DNA of 64,000 nucleotides from a virus, in the IMG/VR virus record IMGVR_UViG_3300045125_000085, positions 64,001 to 128,000 of that record; one strand, written 5' to 3'. The notes below the pieces were generated by a model. It was given only the letters and a program-made list of their open reading frames with translations, was not told where the DNA came from and did no database searches. The translations under genes were made by a program, and so were the position numbers. Position 1 is the stretch's first letter, and every line of letters begins with the position of its first letter. Below are positions 22,853-35,197 of the stretch, in pieces.

Positions 22853-24290
22853 CTAGCGCGCTCTCGGTAATTTATCATCGCCAGCCCAGTACGGTGAGTA
22901 CAGGCCCTTACGCATACGGAGTAAATCCATAGTGCTTAAAAATGGCACAGGGTGCTGATCATTATTGACAGTCCACCAGCCTCTAGTACTCAAGAGTACG
23001 TCCCAGTCCCAGCCGAGCTTAATCAAATCCTCAAATAATTGCTGAGGTGTGCACAGTATGTCTTCATCTTTTAAGTAGCGCCAGTAGTGATGCATCTGAG
23101 CCAGCTCTGCCGTGATATTCATGGCACGCCTTAATTTAGCATCTTGATTAAGCTTACTGCGGACACTCGGACGTGAGAGCTTGAGTGACGGATAGAGATC
23201 CAAACTATAATTGGAGTTACTGCCACTGATACCCGAAGCGATCGCACTGATCTTTCAGGTAATGAAACTCACTCAAGCTAGGTAATACGCCTTCAGTCTG
23301 ACTAACGATGAGGTTAAGTACAAAGCCCGTCATACCGGATTTACCACGCAGCTGCCGTAAGCTGACTTGATTTAAATCTAAGTCACCCGGCATCTGGTCG
23401 TCAGCAGTCGAGAGGATACTCAGGGCCTTTAGTGCTTTGATTCAGTAAAGGTGAGGCATTATACGCATGCCAGCAATTACTCATCAAAAAGAAAAACTGA
23501 TCAGTGACGCCTTTGATCTTATCACCATTCTTTAAATGCTGTAACTTCTTAACTGGTGCTTGTGGGATAGGACCGGTAGCGATATTCAGGTCTTTACCCA
23601 TATGAGCTGTCAGCAGCACATAATGCTGCGCTCTCGCAGCGTGTAGCAGGGATCTCCATCATGAACCTAGTCTTAGCTAAGCCTTGACGCATGTGGATCA
23701 CATTGCCACCACTATCACCTAACAGATTATCTTCTTGGATCTTAGCGATATTCTCAGTTTCAAACAAAGTAAAACTGTCAATGCTAGTATAGGTAGGTAC
23801 GAGTATTTCAAACAGCTTACCATTCTTAGCAAGAAACGGAGTAGGGACTGTGAGCTTCTTAGCGTTATCGCGCTTATCCCTAAGAAATTGTTTTAAGATC
23901 TCGTACCAAGGATCAGCATAGTATTGCGTCTTATCGCTCAGTAGCCAGGTACCTTCTTCGACTATGTCTTTATCTTTAAAGCTCTCGAACTTCTGTGAGA
24001 TACGCAGCCATGCGTGACGGCTGACGATTTAACTCTGTATCGTACGTCGTCCCTGAGGTCTCAGTGCTACAGGCGATCCTATCCATAGCTGATAGCATCA
24101 TGTAATCCATCACAGTAGATTTGAAGTTATTGCCGATACCGACGACTCCCGTCAGTAAGCTGAGTCCGCCATTGATGATGCTTTCACCGTGGATACCGAG
24201 GACACTGTGGCCGGTCGGGATATCGAGTCCTGCGCCGACATTGATCATGACTTTGTATTCAGGGGCGGGATCGAATTTTGGTCGTAACAT
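22853..24290 (-). CDS. uvsX: RecA/UvsX-family recombinase (phiKZ gp152-like), frameshifted
   Basis: INVGAGLDIPTG, Walker A GIGNNFKST, YDTE, Walker B-like IDSFT, LLTAH, LRGKSG; pieces 23976, 23401, 22853. Confidence 0.8.
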
Positions 24291-24435
24291 AAATATGCTC
24301 CGTCGAGTGAGTATGGGGGTCACACTATCAGTCTCCACCCAGACTATTTTATATGTGTATGCCTGAGGCGGCGTTTAATGCTATGATTACTCTGGCCGCT
24401 TAGGTCATCGTCTTTACACGGCACACGAGGTCCGT

Positions 24436-25448
24436 ATGAAACCTACTTTATTTTCGGCCGATTCGGTGTCGGTGTCGCTGGAAACCCAGATGGCACAGCT
24501 CGCCTTAGAGGCACAGTTTATGCAGAATGTGACGGATCTGTTCCGGAACATAGTCCCGTCTTTTAAAGCTAGATTGCAGCAGCTGCATCAGCAGCTCACT
24601 GGTTTTACTCAGAAAGATGCAGCGCAAGATCTCATAGCTAACTATGACAATAAGATGGCTTATGCCCATCGCTTCGATAAACGTACTCAGACGGCTTTAG
24701 ATAATGCCAAGCACTTAGATCTACTGATCTTTGGCGAACACATCATCACTATCCCTGAGAACTTCAAAGGCAGCCTGCCCGTATACACGACTACCTCTGA
24801 GACAGACTGTTAGAGACTGGCTTACGGCATCAGTCTTTACTCGATACTTTCAATCAGCAACTCTCAGCTTTCATTAACAACCCAGAGCAACGCAGCTCCG
24901 TCACTGGTAATGTGAGCTTCGCTGAATCGAGTAATCAAAGCGCCGTCTTAAAGGAATACCGTGAGCAGTCTACTAAGACTTTAAAGACTTTCTTCGGTAA
25001 GGATACTGGCATCTCTAAAGCACCTTTGAAAAATGTCCTAGAGCGTTTCGCTGATTTAGAAGCACTCATCGTGCAGATGCAGATGATGGCTCACTTCTTA
25101 GATGTGAAAATACTCCACAGCTATCAAGAAAAGATCCAGCAGATGATCCAGCTACTCGACATCATCATGGATCAGTACCGTAAAGGTACGGTCACTACTG
25201 TCTCGCCTAAAGTCGCTATGACTCTTTCGCAAAATGTCTACGATGTCGCTCAGTATGTAGAGTTCGTAGCACTACTCCAGTATGACGGTAGAGTCTGCTT
25301 AAACGTCGTCGATAGGATCATAGAAGGTCTAGCTAAACCCGATGAATGGAAAGCAGCTAATCCACGACAAGGCTTTGATGAACCTAAGCAATCTAAATGG
25401 TTCGTAGGCTTACAGAATCTCTGGCAGTACGTCCACCAGGGCGCATGA
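24436..25448 (+). CDS. Probable internal head protein with prohead-protease sites (gp153-like)
   Basis: N-terminal SVSLE and LALE fit the S/A/G-X-E cleavage motif of phiKZ head proteins; divergent from the recA-like gene; two ORF pieces. Confidence 0.6.
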
Positions 25449-25472
25449 TCGTATACTTAGTCGGCATAAAGA

Positions 25473-25512
25473 CACTGTGAGTCTACTCTAGCTTTTGAGC
25501 AGACTCACAGTG
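25473..25512. terminator. Hairpin between convergent genes
   Basis: CACTGTGAGTCT...AGACTCACAGTG. Confidence 0.7.
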
Positions 25513-25536
25513 TGATAGGGGCATGTATGCTATCGT

Positions 25537-25976
25537 CTTATCCAGCTAGCGGACTAGCTGTTTTTTGATCTAAGATACTACGATAGAGTACTTGTAGATC
25601 ACCGGCTACTTCATCAGTAGATCCATAGACCATGTAGTCAGGCGCGCTCTTAATCAGGTTCCTCGCTAAATTATAAAAGTCAGGCGGACCATCAGTCTGG
25701 CTGACAGTAACAGGCAACCTGCCGCCACATCCATTGGTACTTGACTAAAGGAAACTCAATAGCTGCAGGATCGTGAGCTAAATTGAGTACTTCGTTGACT
25801 TGCTCTAAAGCAGTTTTATCAGGCTCTTTCATCCAATCCAAGACACCTAACGTCGAAGCAATAAAGATCAACCTCTTAAAGCGTTTAGGTAAGTAACTGT
25901 GTAAAGCTTGGCTTAACCATTGCTTCCAACGTGGTAGCGGTTGATTATAATCAATGGGCTCGACTAAGACATTCAT
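25537..25976 (-). CDS. Hypothetical protein
   Basis: 94-aa ORF with GAGGT RBS; continues after an indel. Confidence 0.45.
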
Positions 25977-26114
25977 GACTGAGACCTCAGGTAGAAGAAA
26001 GACAGCGATATCGCATAAAGGCTGTAACAGCGACGATACCGGCGTAGGATGAAAGACTGTAGGAGTCCTTTTTTGCTAAGAAAGTATCCGCATAGTCATA
26101 AGACACTACAGTCT

Positions 26115-27614
26115 TTAAGACTCTTCGGTCGGTAGTATATTACGGTTTGCAAAAAAGTTCGACCAGATGCCGACCCCTGACAGGGTTTCGATAACGCAAG
26201 CGTACCGAAGGCTGTAGGGTGATTCAAACCACGTCAACAGCGTGACCTTCGGTTCGAGCGTTTCCAAGTTCTTAAGATGATTACGCGATGGTAGATCCGC
26301 ACCTAGTAATAGAGGGATCTGGATCGAGAGTGACTTTATAGCTGTCTGGATAGCTATGGTCACAGAGACATCACGATGACCGACTGCATAGTCTGATTTT
26401 AAAGTCATCGTGGCCGGTTTCGATTTCGTCGCAGGGACAGGTGTGTAAAACACCTCAGTCAGATCATGGCATTGTAAGCCGGTCGCAGTCACTGCATCCT
26501 GTAGCTCAGGGTTAGCAGCTATAGCCAAATAACGATCTAACAATTCGTCTAAAGAGCCGAAGTTTTCGATCGCACGCAAGGACAGACCGCCGAGCCTTAG
26601 CTCGATGGTGAGTGGTTCGTCATCAACGAGTTGATACCGAGAGATCCGCGATTATTATTCAGTAAGGCATATTTGCCATGCTCTTCAATATAGTGATGGA
26701 CATCGCGGTTATAGAGTTTATCCAGCCGCATGAGCATGACTGTATTGACGCTTTGCGATACATCGTACTGATACTGGCGTACAGCCTCGATCACGGGATC
26801 GAGTACTTTCAGTCTTACTATAGAGTAAGCTGCTTCCGGACTCTTACTACCTATGTACTGATCATCTACCTTAACACCGGGTTCAGCTATATAGTAGTGG
26901 CCTAAAGTGTTATGGTTAGGGTTAGAGTTGAAGTAGAGACGCTTGAAGGCTATCATGGGATGACGCGGGATTTCATGCTTTCCAGTAACTCTTCTCAGCT
27001 CTGACTTTACACTTGGAGACATAGTAGGCATCTCTAAGCATAGAGTACGCCTATCACCGAGAGTTTATGTGCGAGCTCGTTACCTAGTATCCCTGCATGC
27101 CCTCGTATCCATTCTACGTGTAAATGGACTCCATTGTCCTTTAAGGTCGTCATAGCCGCCAAGATAGCTAACCAAGTCTCTTGATTAGAGACAGGACTGC
27201 CATCTTGCTTACGCCAATTAGATCGTATCCAGATCGGCAACCAATCCATTACGCCACGGCGTAAGTACTCGCTGTCGGTATAGACTTTGACGTTGCGGAC
27301 ATTATCGAAGTTGATATGAGTGAGGGCGTAAAGTAATGCATCGATCTCAGCGGCATTATTAGTGACACTGTGCTCATCGGCACCATAGAGATCGTAGTAC
27401 CTCTTAAAGTCTTGACTGGTTTATGGACTTGAGTCAACTTATCCGTAGCGATATATCCGGACTCAGTCGTCACATAGCGTCCTGACAATACTTTACTGCC
27501 GTCGTAGTGAGTCGTATAGCGATATCCATGAGCACCCCAGCCAGTCTTACCTGGATTCGGACGTGCAGCACCATCGGTATAGAGGACTATCCCCTCATAT
27601 TGCGTCGTAGACAT
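26115..27614 (-). CDS. rnhA: RNase HI with long C-terminal extension (phiKZ gp155-like), frameshifted
   Basis: IVLYTDGAARPNPGKTGWG, TNNAAEI, YTDSEY, WRKQDGSPVSNQETW, WIRGHAGILGNELAHKLS. Confidence 0.88.
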
Positions 27615-27809
27615 TCTATTCCCCATTCTTGTTGTTACGGCTAGTATCGTGTAATGATCTTTTTTACATGAGCCTATCAGCACAGCATCCGCTCCGTCAA
27701 TCCAGCTTGCATCTCTGTAATCTGATAGCAAAAAAAGAATGTTCCCTGTGCACTCCAATTTGCACAACATAATATAAAGCCAAGAACAAATATAGGCCGT
27801 GTGAGCATA

Positions 27810-28128
27810 GGTTCATTTAACCGATTCTGAAGTAGCTGGTTCGTTGCTGCAGCGATTGACTGTAGTCTCTAACTCGTATATCTTACTTTTGCTGTAAGAC
27901 TGACTGGTTTTGTAACAGCTCGTAGTTTTGCTGCAGTTGTACGTACTTATAACTGACATGCAGTAAAGCACGTCCAGTCATGACGAGCACTAGTACTAAG
28001 ACTACCGTAATGAAGACCTGGATCCAACGTATAGCGTTAAACTGTGGGCTATAGAAATCGAGCTCTGCCTTTTTATTGATGATCAGCTCGGTGATAAAAG
28101 GTATGATTAGTTTGATTAACTTAAGCAC
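27810..28128 (-). CDS. Small membrane protein (one TM helix plus coiled coil)
   Basis: WIQVFITVVLVLVLVMTG followed by a Q-rich heptad region. Confidence 0.5.
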
Positions 28129-28176
28129 GACACCTCACTAATAGTATCCTACACGATTTCGTAAAAGAGAGCTCTT

Positions 28177-29477
28177 ATGTATATTTTAAAAGGATTCGTG
28201 ACGATCCAGGACTTTATCAGCAATGATCCAGGAGTCGTATCCTCAGTAGGCGAGATCAGTACCTGGTCTTTGACTTACACTAAATCGCCTAGTGAGATAT
28301 ATACTCCCAGGCATACCTGGCTATAGGCTAGTCAGTATGCTCAGTAAGGATACGAGCACTGGTGCTATCCCAGTACCTACTAATATAGTCAATGATGTCT
28401 TATCTGTAGTGCGTAGTATCGTCACCTATGCTCAGACTCACTTTATGCCGTATACGCTGAGTGATTTTAGAGATACGATCATGGCTAACTATAGGACGCA
28501 GATATCTCTCAGTTTAAGATGGGGCCTTTAGTCGATCATGGCGAGATCGCTCTACCTGAGTACATCGAGTGGATCAGCTCTACTGTAGCAGGAGCTAAGA
28601 TACGGATATGGTTAGCGGATACAGCTTTCTACAGCAGTATGATGAGTGCTGAGATAGAAGTCATAGCACCTGTGACTAATTTAGACGATCTGTTCGCTAA
28701 TCCAGCTACTGCGTATAAAGCCTTAGCTGAATGGCCTATAGATGCACTGATTAAGAAAGCTCAAGTCGTCAAAGCGAGTCATCCAGAGACATTGACGCGT
28801 ATACTCTCCTCATCCGTACATCTTTACGGATATAGATACGCCGCTCTATGACTATCCACTGGCCGTTATTGATTTACGGTCAGGCGGGTGATACTATCGA
28901 CGCTATGAAAGAAGCCGTCAATCAGTATGCATTAAATCACTCCACTCATACTCACGATCAGCGGGCACTACGCTCGCCTGAGCTATTTAAGCGGACTGAG
29001 TTCATGATTTTGCCTAGATGGGATAAGTACAGTATCCCTGATCTAGCCGTAGAGACGGGACTCCATAGCAGCTTAGCTGATCCTTTTGAAGCCGTCAACT
29101 TCGCTCAGCGTGAACTGACCTTCTATCCTAGAGAGTGGATACCTCAGCATCTGACATTTGCACCGCACTTCTATAAGTCATTGATGCTAGTAATAGTCGA
29201 TGGTCCTGATAACTTAGCCACTAAAGAACGCTTTAGTGCTTTGTTTCCGACTATCTGCCTATCGCTACTACATCTTTAGACTTTAATCGCATGCAGAAAA
29301 ATACTAGGGACTGGTCATTAAAGCTACACGAGATGATCCTCATCTGTAGAAACTATAGACGAGTATACCGTAGTGCCTGAGCAGTATCGTAAACTCCATC
29401 GTGATAATAAACTTTACCTGGCTTACCTCTATCAGGGTGTCAACTACCTGGTCGCTGCGAAGTCGAACTACCGATAA
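28177..29477 (+). CDS. Virion structural protein (phiKZ gp157-like), frameshifted
   Basis: ATG 28177 MYILKGFVTIQDFISNDPGVVSSVGEISTWSLTY; pieces 28292, 28519, 28848. Confidence 0.6.
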
Positions 29478-29487
29478 GAGGGCGTCA

Positions 29488-30232
29488 GTGGCCGAGTACA
29501 TCATCCCCACGATCGGGAGTCAAGGGTATTACCAGATCGCTACTCCATTCGATCGTCTCGTAGCACCTAGTATCAGGTATACCTGTCAAGCAGTACGTAC
29601 ACTCAAGCATTATCTAGCTGAAGGTCAAGATCCGTTTACCTTGTTCTATAGCCCTAATGGCTTAACCCGAGCTGATTTCGATGCTGACTTCTTAGAGAAC
29701 ATGAGCATCGTCGGCTTACAAGCAGAGACGGGTCCTCTGATCTACGTACCGGCACGCTACATCCTGACGTATCCATTACTGGATGGAGTAGCCTATAGGG
29801 AGATGATGCTCGGTGTCGCATTAGGCAGCGTCCCTGAGGCTTTAGATCTATCTGCTATCAGTACCCGTATCAGTAATGTAGTCCAAGAGAGTCTAGGCAT
29901 AGCTCCAGTCATCACGCCAGTACAGATATCAGCTACGGCTATCGTCAGTACTGAGACCGATGCTAGATTAGTAGCTGCTAGACAGGCTCTGATCAGTATG
30001 CAGATGTCAGATAGCACTAGGAGTGACATGTCTACAGTCTATCATCGATCAGCAAGCCCAAGTCATAGCTGAGTTAGAAAAGTACATCATCAGGCACTAT
30101 GTGAGAGATACTACCTTTAATGCGGAAGGTGGTTATTACTATGGTAGTAAACCTAAGAGCCGGTATATGAAACAAATGCCTGAAGCTTTACCACCTGAAG
30201 TCATGTTTAAGCTCAGACTTAAACACTCTTAA
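29488..30232 (+). CDS. Conserved hypothetical/structural protein
   Basis: GAGGG RBS, GTG 29488 (AEYIIPTIGSQGYYQIATPF); joins 29401.. and 30023.. Confidence 0.55.
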
Positions 30233-30256
30233 TAACGCCATCACTAATAGAGAGAT

Positions 30257-30610
30257 ATGGTAATGATCGCTGATGAGTTTATCGCTAAAATGGCCCATGA
30301 GGTCAATCGTACGTATTGTGCGATGCTAGGAGACGATAGCCAAGTCAGCTGGGAAGATGCACCTGAATGGCAGAGGACTAGTGCTATCAACGGTGTGACT
30401 TTTCATAGAGCGAATCCAGATGCTAGAGCTGAAGATAGCCATGCGAATTGGTTGAAAGAGAAGTTAGCGGATGGCTGGCAGTACGGGCCTGTCAAGGACG
30501 TAGAGAAGAAAGAACATCCGTGCTGTGTAGAGTATCATGAGTTACCTGTTGAACAGCAGATCAAGGATAGTCTGTTTAAATCAGTCGTCACGGCTTTGCT
30601 AACGCACTGA
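30257..30610 (+). CDS. RyR-domain (ryanodine receptor repeat) protein
   Basis: AEDSHANWLKEKLADGWQYGPVKDVEKKEHPCCVEYHELPVEQQIKD matches the RyR repeat consensus (H..W...K...GW.YG...D...K.HP.L.PY..L). Confidence 0.85.
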   Translation: MVMIADEFIAKMAHEVNRTYCAMLGDDSQVSWEDAPEWQRTSAINGVTFHRANPDARAEDSHANWLKEKLADGWQYGPVKDVEKKEHPCCVEYHELPVEQQIKDSLFKSVVTALLTH

Positions 30611-30614
30611 GCGT

Positions 30615-30654
30615 CATAGTGCCCTGAGAGCTCTATAGCTCTCAGGGCACTATG
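30615..30654. terminator. Bidirectional hairpin; paralogue of 35198-35237
   Basis: CATAGTGCCCTGAGAGCT-ctat-AGCTCTCAGGGCACTATG. Confidence 0.8.
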
Positions 30655-30705
30655 CTGGGTAAAAAAAAAGGGCACGTACCTGTGCCCAAGAGAGGAGATT
30701 ACACA

Positions 30706-31700
30706 CTAACAAAATCAGTGGAGTTGCTTAGATCTAGCGATCGTTAGAGCATTCCATCTTCTCTAAGCAGCTTGAGGTAATAGCAGACCGAACTAGGTGA
30801 TAAGTTCATCTGCTTAAGCTATCTCAGGCGGTGAAACCGCGCTGGTACAGAGAGTACACCTGCTGACGCTTACTTTGAAAGTAAGCAGTCGGATTATCTA
30901 CGATGCCATCCAGCTCATCCCAACCAGCAGTAATGTCAATAGGGGCAGTCTCTATGTCACCCTACCTTTATAGCCAAGGATGATACGATCACCTATCTGA
31001 CGGCTATACTCAGCACGCTTCTGATGTGCTTCGAATACTCTGTAGAGATCTCTTCGCGCAGGTTTTCGGTCTAGGGTGAAGATGACGTCTTCACCTTTCT
31101 GCACAATTATCGTACCATCAGGCCAGTTGACGATGTAATGACCGTCACCGCATTCTCAAACGACCGGCTCATTAGAGATAATATCAGCATCGAGATCGAG
31201 CCTTAGTCCAGCTTTTCCTGAAGGACTTGCTTGAGCTTAGGGCACTATGTCGGTGATCTCTAAGCGTGTATCGTCATCGGCTATCCAAACTTTGCCATGC
31301 TAACAGTAGATGCATTACTGCTCTAACTGACAAAATACCTCCTGAGATGAATAGGCGAAATAGACTCGACATAGCTGAGTACTTTATGGACTTCCTTGTA
31401 GCTCAGCATGAAGCGTCCACCATTCGGTGGCAGGATGTCTATACCTATAGGCTTTACAATAAGTAAGCCATTGTTTTCTTCCATCATAGGCGCAGAGATC
31501 TTTTTGTTGAATAGTTCTTGCTGTTTGCTATGGTTCATCAGCCTTTCCTTCTTAAGATAATAAGTGATAGTAGGCCCAGTGACGCCGAGCCTCTTGGCGA
31601 TCTCAGTCATGCTGTATCCAGAGTTATAAAGCTGGACTATGACTTTGCTGCGAGATTCAGCATAGTTGTTAGCATCAAACTTATTGGTATTGTGGCTCAT
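30706..31700 (-). CDS. HTH-containing early protein (N-terminal HTH, probably a second C-terminal HTH), frameshifted
   Basis: QLYNSGYSMTEIAKRLGVTGPTITYYLK; near 30760-30860 SPPEIA.QMNLSPSSVCYYLK; preceded by an early-type promoter. Confidence 0.6.
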
Positions 31701-31730
31701 GAGGTATCCCCTATTATTGATTGAAAATAG

Positions 31731-31785
31731 TGAGTAGTACGGTATACTCAGTGTAAGTATATATCGCTCTATTCACTTTGAATCT
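31731..31785 (-). promoter_or_regulatory. Early-type promoter with 5'-terminal hairpin
   Basis: TATATACTTACACTG overlapping hairpin TGAGTA-TACCGTAC-TACTCA, 17/20 identical to 61966-61985. Confidence 0.6.
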
Positions 31786-31817
31786 ATACTGCTGTTAGAC
31801 TCAAGCAGCTGTTGACC

Positions 31818-34313
31818 TTAAACAGGTTTCAGCTTCAAGCAGCTGTTAAAACTAGCTCCAGGTGCTAACTCCACATTAGCACTACAAAGTATGGTAATAT
31901 CGCTATGTTTCATACTGCCATAAGTCTCGTAGTGATGGCTAACTATGAAGATCTGTGAGAACTGGCTATCGTCGATTAGCTCCTGAATGACTTGATAAGC
32001 GGACCGACGATGCGCTGGATCCATTCTAGTAGAGAACTCATCCAGCACGAGTGGATAATCGCTCAGACCTAAGTACTGCATCGCTACGACTTTAAACGCT
32101 AGATCGATGATCTCCTGCATACCAGAGCTAGTCTTAGCGATATCAGGTATGCTGATACTCTCATTGATCTGTACTTGAAACTTATAGTCTAGCTCTAAGC
32201 TATCTTCATCTTCCGGTAAAGTAGCGAGTAGTCGCATAGGGTAGAGCCAGCCTCTAGCGATAAAATGATTCATCTGCTCTACGTAATGACTGATGAATCC
32301 CATTAAGCTTTGAGCAATGAGGCCGCTAGTCGGTGAGAGTTCTTGGGTGAGTTGTTTTAAGGCTTGGCTTTCATGAGTGAGGGTCTCGACTTGTTGTTGG
32401 AGGTTAGCGGCTAAGGCTCTTTGAATGTGGACTTGTGAGAGCGTGCGTTCAGCATTACTGAGTTCTAGGCGTAGAGTCTGGATAGCCTCGTTGAGATGAT
32501 CGCGGATGAGGAGTTGGTTCCAGGCTTCTAGCTGTTGATTACGTTGGCTGAGTAGTCGTGTGAGCGTCTCCTCAATCGACAATAAACGCTGAGCGCTAGT
32601 CTTGTATTGCTGATAGCGTTTTAAGCGCTGCTGGGCGTTCTGCAGGCTGTTACTGTAGTGCTGATAATCAGCCTGGAGTTGATTATACTCAGTTTGTAAG
32701 CGTTGTAGGAATCCAGCTTCTTGATTTTGCGTGAGTTGCTGTAAAGCAGTTAGTCGAATTATCTCTTGCTCTAAATGTTGGATCTCACAGAGTGCTAGTA
32801 GATCTTGCTCTACGAGTTGCAGTTTACTAGCTATCAGTAAAGGCTGAGATCTTAACCAAGCTTCTTGCTTGATCCATTGCCAGAGTGGAGCTAGTACAGG
32901 CCAGCGAGTGACATAAGTTTGATAAGTCTGACTGCATTGCAGATAAGTCGCTAAGATCTCTAGTTCAGCTTGGAGTGTAGTGAGTTCTTTCGTATAGTTA
33001 AAGTGTTGCTGATTCAGTGACTGGATGTTAGCCTCTAGTCTAGCTACCTTAGCGGGCTGATAGCCTATAGACCATTGATGATTGCATTGCGGGCATTGAG
33101 TTTTACCGTGGTCTTTATAGTGGAGTTGTTCTTTTAGTAAGAGAGATTGTTTTTGGGTAGACTGCTCTATCTCAGCTAGATACTGCTGGAGTGTGGTTAA
33201 ATGTTGTTGTTTAGCCTGATGTTGCTCACGGTTATACGGTACATCGAGTACTGGGATACTGCTACAGAGTTCGATTAAAGGGGTAGTGATAGTCTGTAGG
33301 GCTTGTAGTGCCGAGTCAGGTGAAGGCCAGACTAAAGTAGTCTGACACTGTTGACGGAGTCTCTGCTGTCTAGTCTTAAGCTCCTGTAGCCGCTGTTGTA
33401 CATCTTTACTATCCGTGACCGTATTACTCTGAGCTGTATCGACTGCGATCTGAGTCGTCTCTAATTGTAAAGCGAGTTTCTCTAGCAGGATTTGTTGACT
33501 GCGACTCGTGACTTCGGCTTCTTGTATGGCTTGATCGATAGCAGTAAGATCAGTGAATCCTTCTAAGTTAAGAAACTGCTTACGTAAGCTAGGATATTCT
33601 TTCAAACATTGCTTGAGTTGTAGATCTAGTTGACTGAGTTGCTGCGTATAACTCTGGGTAGTGCCAGTGATATTAGGCTTTCTAGCTAGCAGAGTATCTA
33701 AGGCATATCTGAGTACATCGACTTCACTTTGCAGTAGTAATTCTTGCTCTTCAGTCAAGCATTTACTAGCTTCTTGTACGGCCTGAGTCTGAGCTATCTT
33801 TAAAGCACCTTGCACATCTCTGGCTTGCTCTTTCAGTTTCTGAAACACATTAAGTGCATACGTGTAGCTAATATCAGACAACTTAGTAAACCATTGCCGT
33901 CTGTCATTAGGACTCATGCTGGTAAAGCGAGTCGTACCGAGTAATAAGCTATGGACTTCTTGGCTTAAGCCAAATAACTGCTTGACTAATTCTTTTTGTT
34001 CAGCCAACGTACTACTTTGATTTAGCTCTTCACCATCATCCTTAATCAAGCTATGGACTGCGGGTTGGGTAAACTGATTCAGTAAGGTATAGCGTGATTT
34101 ACCATGACTGATTACGACACGCTTATAGCCATCTTTGTAAAAGTCCTGTGATAAAGCTGGCCACGGTGAGAGCTCTTGCAGTAAAGACGATTTACCGCTA
34201 CCATTCGTACCGAGTATCTGGTGCACTTTCTTATCAAAGTCAATTTTCAAATAAGCGATTTCACGTAAAGCAAAGCGCTTATAGCCGACGAGTTCGATGC
34301 TGTGTATTTTCAT
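31818..34313 (-). CDS. sbcC: SbcC/Rad50-like SMC ATPase (phiKZ gp165-like)
   Basis: Walker A GTNGSGKS, long coiled coils, zinc hook CPQC, signature TSSG, Walker B LVLDE, IVSH; intact 831 aa. Confidence 0.93.
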   Translation of the reverse strand: MKIHSIELVGYKRFALREIAYLKIDFDKKVHQILGTNGSGKSSLLQELSPWPALSQDFYKDGYKRVVISHGKSRYTLLNQFTQPAVHSLIKDDGEELNQSSTLAEQKELVKQLFGLSQEVHSLLLGTTRFTSMSPNDRRQWFTKLSDISYTYALNVFQKLKEQARDVQGALKIAQTQAVQEASKCLTEEQELLLQSEVDVLRYALDTLLARKPNITGTTQSYTQQLSQLDLQLKQCLKEYPSLRKQFLNLEGFTDLTAIDQAIQEAEVTSRSQQILLEKLALQLETTQIAVDTAQSNTVTDSKDVQQRLQELKTRQQRLRQQCQTTLVWPSPDSALQALQTITTPLIELCSSIPVLDVPYNREQHQAKQQHLTTLQQYLAEIEQSTQKQSLLLKEQLHYKDHGKTQCPQCNHQWSIGYQPAKVARLEANIQSLNQQHFNYTKELTTLQAELEILATYLQCSQTYQTYVTRWPVLAPLWQWIKQEAWLRSQPLLIASKLQLVEQDLLALCEIQHLEQEIIRLTALQQLTQNQEAGFLQRLQTEYNQLQADYQHYSNSLQNAQQRLKRYQQYKTSAQRLLSIEETLTRLLSQRNQQLEAWNQLLIRDHLNEAIQTLRLELSNAERTLSQVHIQRALAANLQQQVETLTHESQALKQLTQELSPTSGLIAQSLMGFISHYVEQMNHFIARGWLYPMRLLATLPEDEDSLELDYKFQVQINESISIPDIAKTSSGMQEIIDLAFKVVAMQYLGLSDYPLVLDEFSTRMDPAHRRSAYQVIQELIDDSQFSQIFIVSHHYETYGSMKHSDITILCSANVELAPGASFNSCLKLKPV

Positions 34314-34380
34314 GATGCTTGCTCTAATACAATAGACCTACAGCATAGCCTTCTTTCCTTGTTTTTTATGAGCCGTCAAT

Positions 34381-35187
34381 ATGAGCGATCAATTAGAAAG
34401 TCAACTCCGCCTTTATTCCTTAGGTATCGTCGTAGCCGATAAAGCCCGTGATAGTGAAGATATACAAGTACACCCTACTGAGATATTGCCTTTAGTCCAC
34501 GGCCCATTGACTGATAAAAAGACTGATGTCAAAAGCGAAGTACCGGATGCTAGTGCCGTACCGCGTAAGAGTGAAACTAAAGTAGCTGACGTACTCACAG
34601 CTAAATGGCTACCAGGTGATAGTACTAACCGCATGACCGCACCCGATGTCATGGCCGGTGAGACTGTCTTGATCTTTAGGTTCGCGGACAGTGACGAGTA
34701 TTACTGGCGTACCGTGTTTCGTGAACCCACTATCCGTAGGCTAGAGACAGTCTATTATGTCTACGGCAATGTCACTGAGCCTTTAAAGGAAATAGGCAAA
34801 GAAAACTCCTATTGGTTTCAGGTCAGTACGCATGATAAAATCATCAAGCTGCATACGACTAAATGTGATAAAGACCCTAAGGAGCCTTACACGTATGACA
34901 TAGAGCTCGATACGGGTAGAGGTATATTGACGATTACAGATGATGTCAAAAACACCATAGTGCTCACCAGTAAAGATGGAGAGCTCAAGATCACGACTAA
35001 TAAGAAAGTAGTAGTGAAGAGCAAAGATATCGAGATAGAAGGCAAAGTCTCTATCAAAGGTGATACTAGCATCAAAGGTAATGTCAAACTAGATGGTGCA
35101 GTAGAGACTACGTCTAACGTAGAGATCAAAGGCAAGATGAACGCCAAAGTAGTCTCCTTTGGTGGTACGACCATGATAGTCCCGTAA
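34381..35187 (+). CDS. Baseplate spike / gpV-gp5-like protein (phiKZ gp164-like)
   Basis: OB-fold-like N-terminus (GIVVADK...AKWLP..NRMTAPDV.AGE.V) and C-terminal beta-helix repeats (IEGKVSIKGDTSIKGNVKLDG). Confidence 0.7.
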   Translation: MSDQLESQLRLYSLGIVVADKARDSEDIQVHPTEILPLVHGPLTDKKTDVKSEVPDASAVPRKSETKVADVLTAKWLPGDSTNRMTAPDVMAGETVLIFRFADSDEYYWRTVFREPTIRRLETVYYVYGNVTEPLKEIGKENSYWFQVSTHDKIIKLHTTKCDKDPKEPYTYDIELDTGRGILTITDDVKNTIVLTSKDGELKITTNKKVVVKSKDIEIEGKVSIKGDTSIKGNVKLDGAVETTSNVEIKGKMNAKVVSFGGTTMIVP

Positions 35188-35197
35188 AGCGAGTCAG

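Noticed and set aside
22853-24290. Intein or intron in the recA-like gene (also checked nrdA, nvRNAP beta, sbcC)
   Set aside because: Joined lengths are ordinary, and no intein C/S...HN motifs or group I P/Q/R/S elements were seen
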